Shown here: positions 61,012-64,000 of the stretch, piece by piece
Numbering within the stretch: position 1 is the first letter of the stretch
How the letters are laid out: each line of letters opens with the position of its first letter
NCBI GenBank assembly: GCA_014905635.1
Contig: JABVCE010000004.1
Location: 744,001 to 808,000, forward strand
Length of the DNA: 64,000 bases
From: Scenedesmus sp. PABB004
Lineage: Eukaryota
Direction: 5' to 3'
Translations under genes and position numbers: made by a program
The notes under the pieces: model-generated
Seen by the model: the letters and a program-made list of their open reading frames with translations, nothing else
Databases searched by the model: none
Told to the model about the DNA's origin: nothing

Positions 61012-62672
61012 TCACGCGCTGCCGCCGCCCGGCAGCGCCGGCGCCAGCAGGCCGAGCGAGTCCAGCAGCCCGGGCAGCAGCCGGCGCCACGCGGCCGGGT
61101 CGCGCAGCGGGCAGTTGGCCGCGCAGCACGCGGAGTAGCGCGCGCCGTCCAGGGGGCACACGCCGTGCCCGCAGCCGCACAGGGGCGGCAGGCGCAGCTG
61201 CTCCTTGTCCAGCCGCGCGCCGACCTTGGCCAGGGCGGCCGCGAGCGCGTCGCCCGCCAGCAGCGCCGCGCCGCACCCTGCCAGCGCGCCGCCCGCGAGC
61301 CCGCTGCCGCCGCCGGCGGGGCCTGCCAGCACCGCGGCGCGGCGGGGCGCGCCGTCGCGGTTCTGCCGTGCGGGGCGCAGGCTCAGCTCACCCCGGCGCG
61401 GCAGCGCCAGCGGCTGGGCCTTGACGGCGTGCGGCGCTGGGCGGCCGCCGTGCGCCGGCGGCGCTGGCGCCAGCGCCGGCGCAGGGTGCCACGCCGGGCT
61501 GGCTGCCGCCGGGCCGCTGCAGCTGCCGGCGGCGCCCTGCGGAGGCAGCGAGCCGACGCCGGCGCTGCCCATCGCGTGCGCAAACGCCAGCAGCCTGCTG
61601 CTGCCCAGGGCCGGTGTCGCGACCGCGCCCGGCTCGGCTGCCTGCTCCCCGGGCGCCGCCTCGGCCGCCGCCGCCGCCTCGGCCGCGCTGTGGGACTCGC
61701 GGCGGCTGCTCGGCTCCTCCGCTGGCTGCGGCACGCTGTCGTAGCCGACAGCGGCTGGCTGGGCCGCCTCCCCGGGAGGCTGGGGCTCAGCCGCCGCTGC
61801 GGGCGAGCGTGGAGGCGACGGCGGGCCGCAGCTGGCGGCGCTGGCGCCTGCGACCGCTTCGCCCGCGTCGCCGCCGCCGGCGGCGACCGACGCCGGGCGC
61901 GGGATGCCCCTGGCTGGGGGCTCCTCGCCGGCGGCCGCCGGCAGCGGCCCGGCGGGCAGGTGCCGCTCCACCAGCGGCGGCCTGCCCTGCGACGACGGCC
62001 CGGCCCCGGCCTGGGCCTGCGGCGGCGCCGGCCCGGCCTCGCGCTGCGCCGCGGGGGCCCTGCCCCTGCCCGCGGCGCGCAGCCGCTCCGCGTTGCGGCG
62101 CTCCACCTCGGCGGCGAACGCCTTGGCCGCGGCCGCGCGCGCCTTGGCCGTGTCGAGCCGTTCGTGCGGCTGCTGGCACCGCCGCGCGTGCGCGGCGCGG
62201 GCGGCCGCGGCGCCGCGCGCGGCCGCGCACGCGCGCTGCGCGCCGCCGCCCCGGGGCCCGCGCTTGGCGGCCAGCAGGTCGCGCTCCTGCGAGTCCCGCG
62301 CCGCCGTGTTGACCGCGGCGGCGCAGTCGGGCGTGATTGGCAGCCGGCCCTCGCCCCAACCGTGGCGCTGCGGGGCGGCGGCAGAGTGGGCGTGGGGCGT
62401 GGGGCGTGGGGCGCGGCGCGGCCGCTGCGGCCGCCTGACCTCCACGCTGTGCAAGCATGCTGCTACGGGCTTGTGGCACTCGGCCACGCCGCGGGTGAGT
62501 GGCGGGATCGTGAGGTCGCACGGCTCCGCCTGCGCAGGCGCAGCAGCGGCGGCGCGGCGCGGCTCGGCCCGCGCCGCTGCTCGGCCCACCGCAGCGCGTC
62601 AGCTTGCCCCCCTCGAGGCCGCCGCGCGCCCACCTGCGCGGCCCGCCGGCCCAGATGCTGCAGGCGGTCCAT
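61012..62672 (-). CDS. CCDC15-like protein with C-terminal Cys cluster; multi-exon
   Basis: C-terminus RLPPLCGCG..CAANCPLRDPAAWRRLL resembles, from recall, the LPPLCxCG..CANNC end of CCDC15; N-terminal coiled coil AKAFAAEVERRNAERLR. Confidence 0.5.
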
Positions 62673-62904
62673 GGCCGGCGGCGGCGGCGGCGGCGGCGAG
62701 ATGGCGGTGCCGCGCAGCACGCCGCGCCGCGCAGCGCTGGGCGTCCTGCGGTGATGCTGGCGCGCGGGCAGCCGACCGGGCTGGACGAGCGGCTTGTGAG
62801 GGCCCAGCCGCGAGCGCTGCCGGGGCGTCGGCTGGCCGGTCAAACATGACGCCGCGACGGCGTTGACCGCGCGCCGCTCCGCCACACGCACTTCGCGATC
62901 GCGC

Positions 62905-64000
62905 TCAGCGCCGCGCGCGCGCCATGCCGCGCCGGCCCGCGGCCGTAGCGCCGCAACACTCGCCGTACGGCAGCAGCGTGCGCGGGCAGGTGCGGTGCCG
63001 GCCGACCACGTGCGCCCACGGGAGCAGCTTGCAGCTGTCGGGGTCGCGCAGCTTCAGCGCGGCCTTCAGGTCGTCTGCGGCGGCGGCGCCAGCGGCAGCG
63101 GCACGCGCGCGTCGTCGGCTGCCACGCGCGCGCCCGGCACCCGCGCGCCGCCAGCCCGCCGTCGCGCGCCGCGGCGCCCGCCGCGCACCCTGGCGCCGCT
63201 CGACGCGCAGCCGGCTCACGGCCTCGATGGCGGCCGCGTCGTCCGACTCCAGCGGCATCTCGCGCCCCGCCTCGCGCTGCGCGTGGAGCAGCTGGTAGGC
63301 CTCGCGGTGGCGGGCGTACGTGTAGATGAGGTCACGCACCTGCGGCGGCGGCGCGGGGGCACGGTGGGCGGGCGGGCGCGCGGCGCGCGAGGCGGGCGCG
63401 CGGGGCGCGAGGCGGGGCGCGCGCCGGGCGCGCGGGCGGGCGACGGGCACGCCGCCCGCCGGCGCACCGCGTCGGGCCTGCTCGACGCCGTGTCGGCGAC
63501 GCGCGCGAGGAAGGCGGCGTCGCGCGCCATGGCGAGCGGCTGGCGCTTGACCGCCGCCTTGTCCTCGGCGCTCATCGCGCTGCGGCGCGGCGCGGCGCGG
63601 CGGGGCGGTCAGCCGCGGCGCGGCGCGCGGGGCGGGGTCGGCCGCGGCGCGGCGGGCGGGGGCCGCCGGGGCCGCGCCGCGCGCGCGAGCGCGCCGCGCA
63701 CGCGAGCAGGGTGCAGTGCTCCTCATAGCGCGCGTGCTGCACGCGCTCCGCGTCAAAGCGATGCACGTAGTGCGCGCGCTGCCCCCGCGGCGACGGCGCG
63801 CGCGGCAGCGGCGCCACGGCCGACTCGACCCGTATGCTGCCCTGGTAGTCTGCGGCGCGCCGCGGCGCCGCCGGCGGCGGCGGGTTGCGCGCGGCCGCGC
63901 GGGGCGCTGCGGCGAGGCGCCCGCGCGCGCGGCGGCGCGGCAGCCGCGGCCGCGCTGCGCCGCCGGGCAGCGGCGGCGGCGGCAGCGGCGGCGGCGGCAG
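62905..64000 (-). CDS. Uncharacterised protein, 3' exons only (5' end beyond the window)
   Basis: Spliceable exons DYQGSIRVESA..HARYEEHCTLL / AMSAEDKAAVKRQ.. / VRDLIYTYARHREAYQLL.. / DDLKAALKLRDPDSCKLLPWAHVVGRH..*. Confidence 0.6.
   Translation of the reverse strand, partial: CRRRRCRRRRCPAAQRGRGCRAAARAGASPQRPARPRATRRRRRRRGAPQTTRAAYGSSRPWRRCRARRRRGGSARTTCIALTRSACSTRAMRSTAPCSRARRARARGAAPAAPARRAAADPAPRAAPRLTAPPRRAAPQRDERRGQGGGQAPAARHGARRRLPRARRRHGVEQARRGAPAGGVPVARPRARRAPRLAPRAPASRAARPPAHRAPAPPPQVRDLIYTYARHREAYQLLHAQREAGREMPLESDDAAAIEAVSRLRVERRQGARRAPRRATAGWRRAGAGRARGSRRRARAAAAGAAAADDLKAALKLRDPDSCKLLPWAHVVGRHRTCPRTLLPYGECCGATAAGRRGMARARR

Overview
Gene-dense, intron-rich, extremely GC-rich (roughly 80% by eye) eukaryotic nuclear DNA, most consistent with a chlorophyte green alga (AP2/ERF factor, SulP chloroplast sulfate permease, plant-type NDUFB4, TGTAA poly(A) signal). 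Most long six-frame ORFs are artefacts of GC bias, so genes were reconstructed by manually joining exons and their boundaries are approximate. About 24 spliced genes are present: a DUF262/GmrSD-like protein, two secreted Cys-rich proteins, a BTB/POZ protein, an mRNA cap N7-methyltransferase, an Agenet/Tudor protein, NDUFB4, two MRS2/CorA Mg transporters (one with an EF-hand), a CUE/F-box/LRR protein, AP2/ERF, WBP11, Yae1, a lipase, SulP/CysT, WTAP/FIP37, TRAPPC13, an 8-oxoguanine-deaminase-like amidohydrolase, a G-patch protein, a CCDC15-like protein and several unknowns. The most striking unexplained structure is a 1.2 kb non-coding block (51502-52719) of eight back-to-back, mutually unrelated long imperfect hairpins with plus-strand G:U bias, a candidate polycistronic miRNA/small-RNA locus. 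Also notable: an intron-containing, possibly organelle-targeted bacterial-type DUF262 (Type IV restriction family) gene, a near-identical 704 bp inverted duplication 13.3 kb apart, and frequent GC-AG introns.
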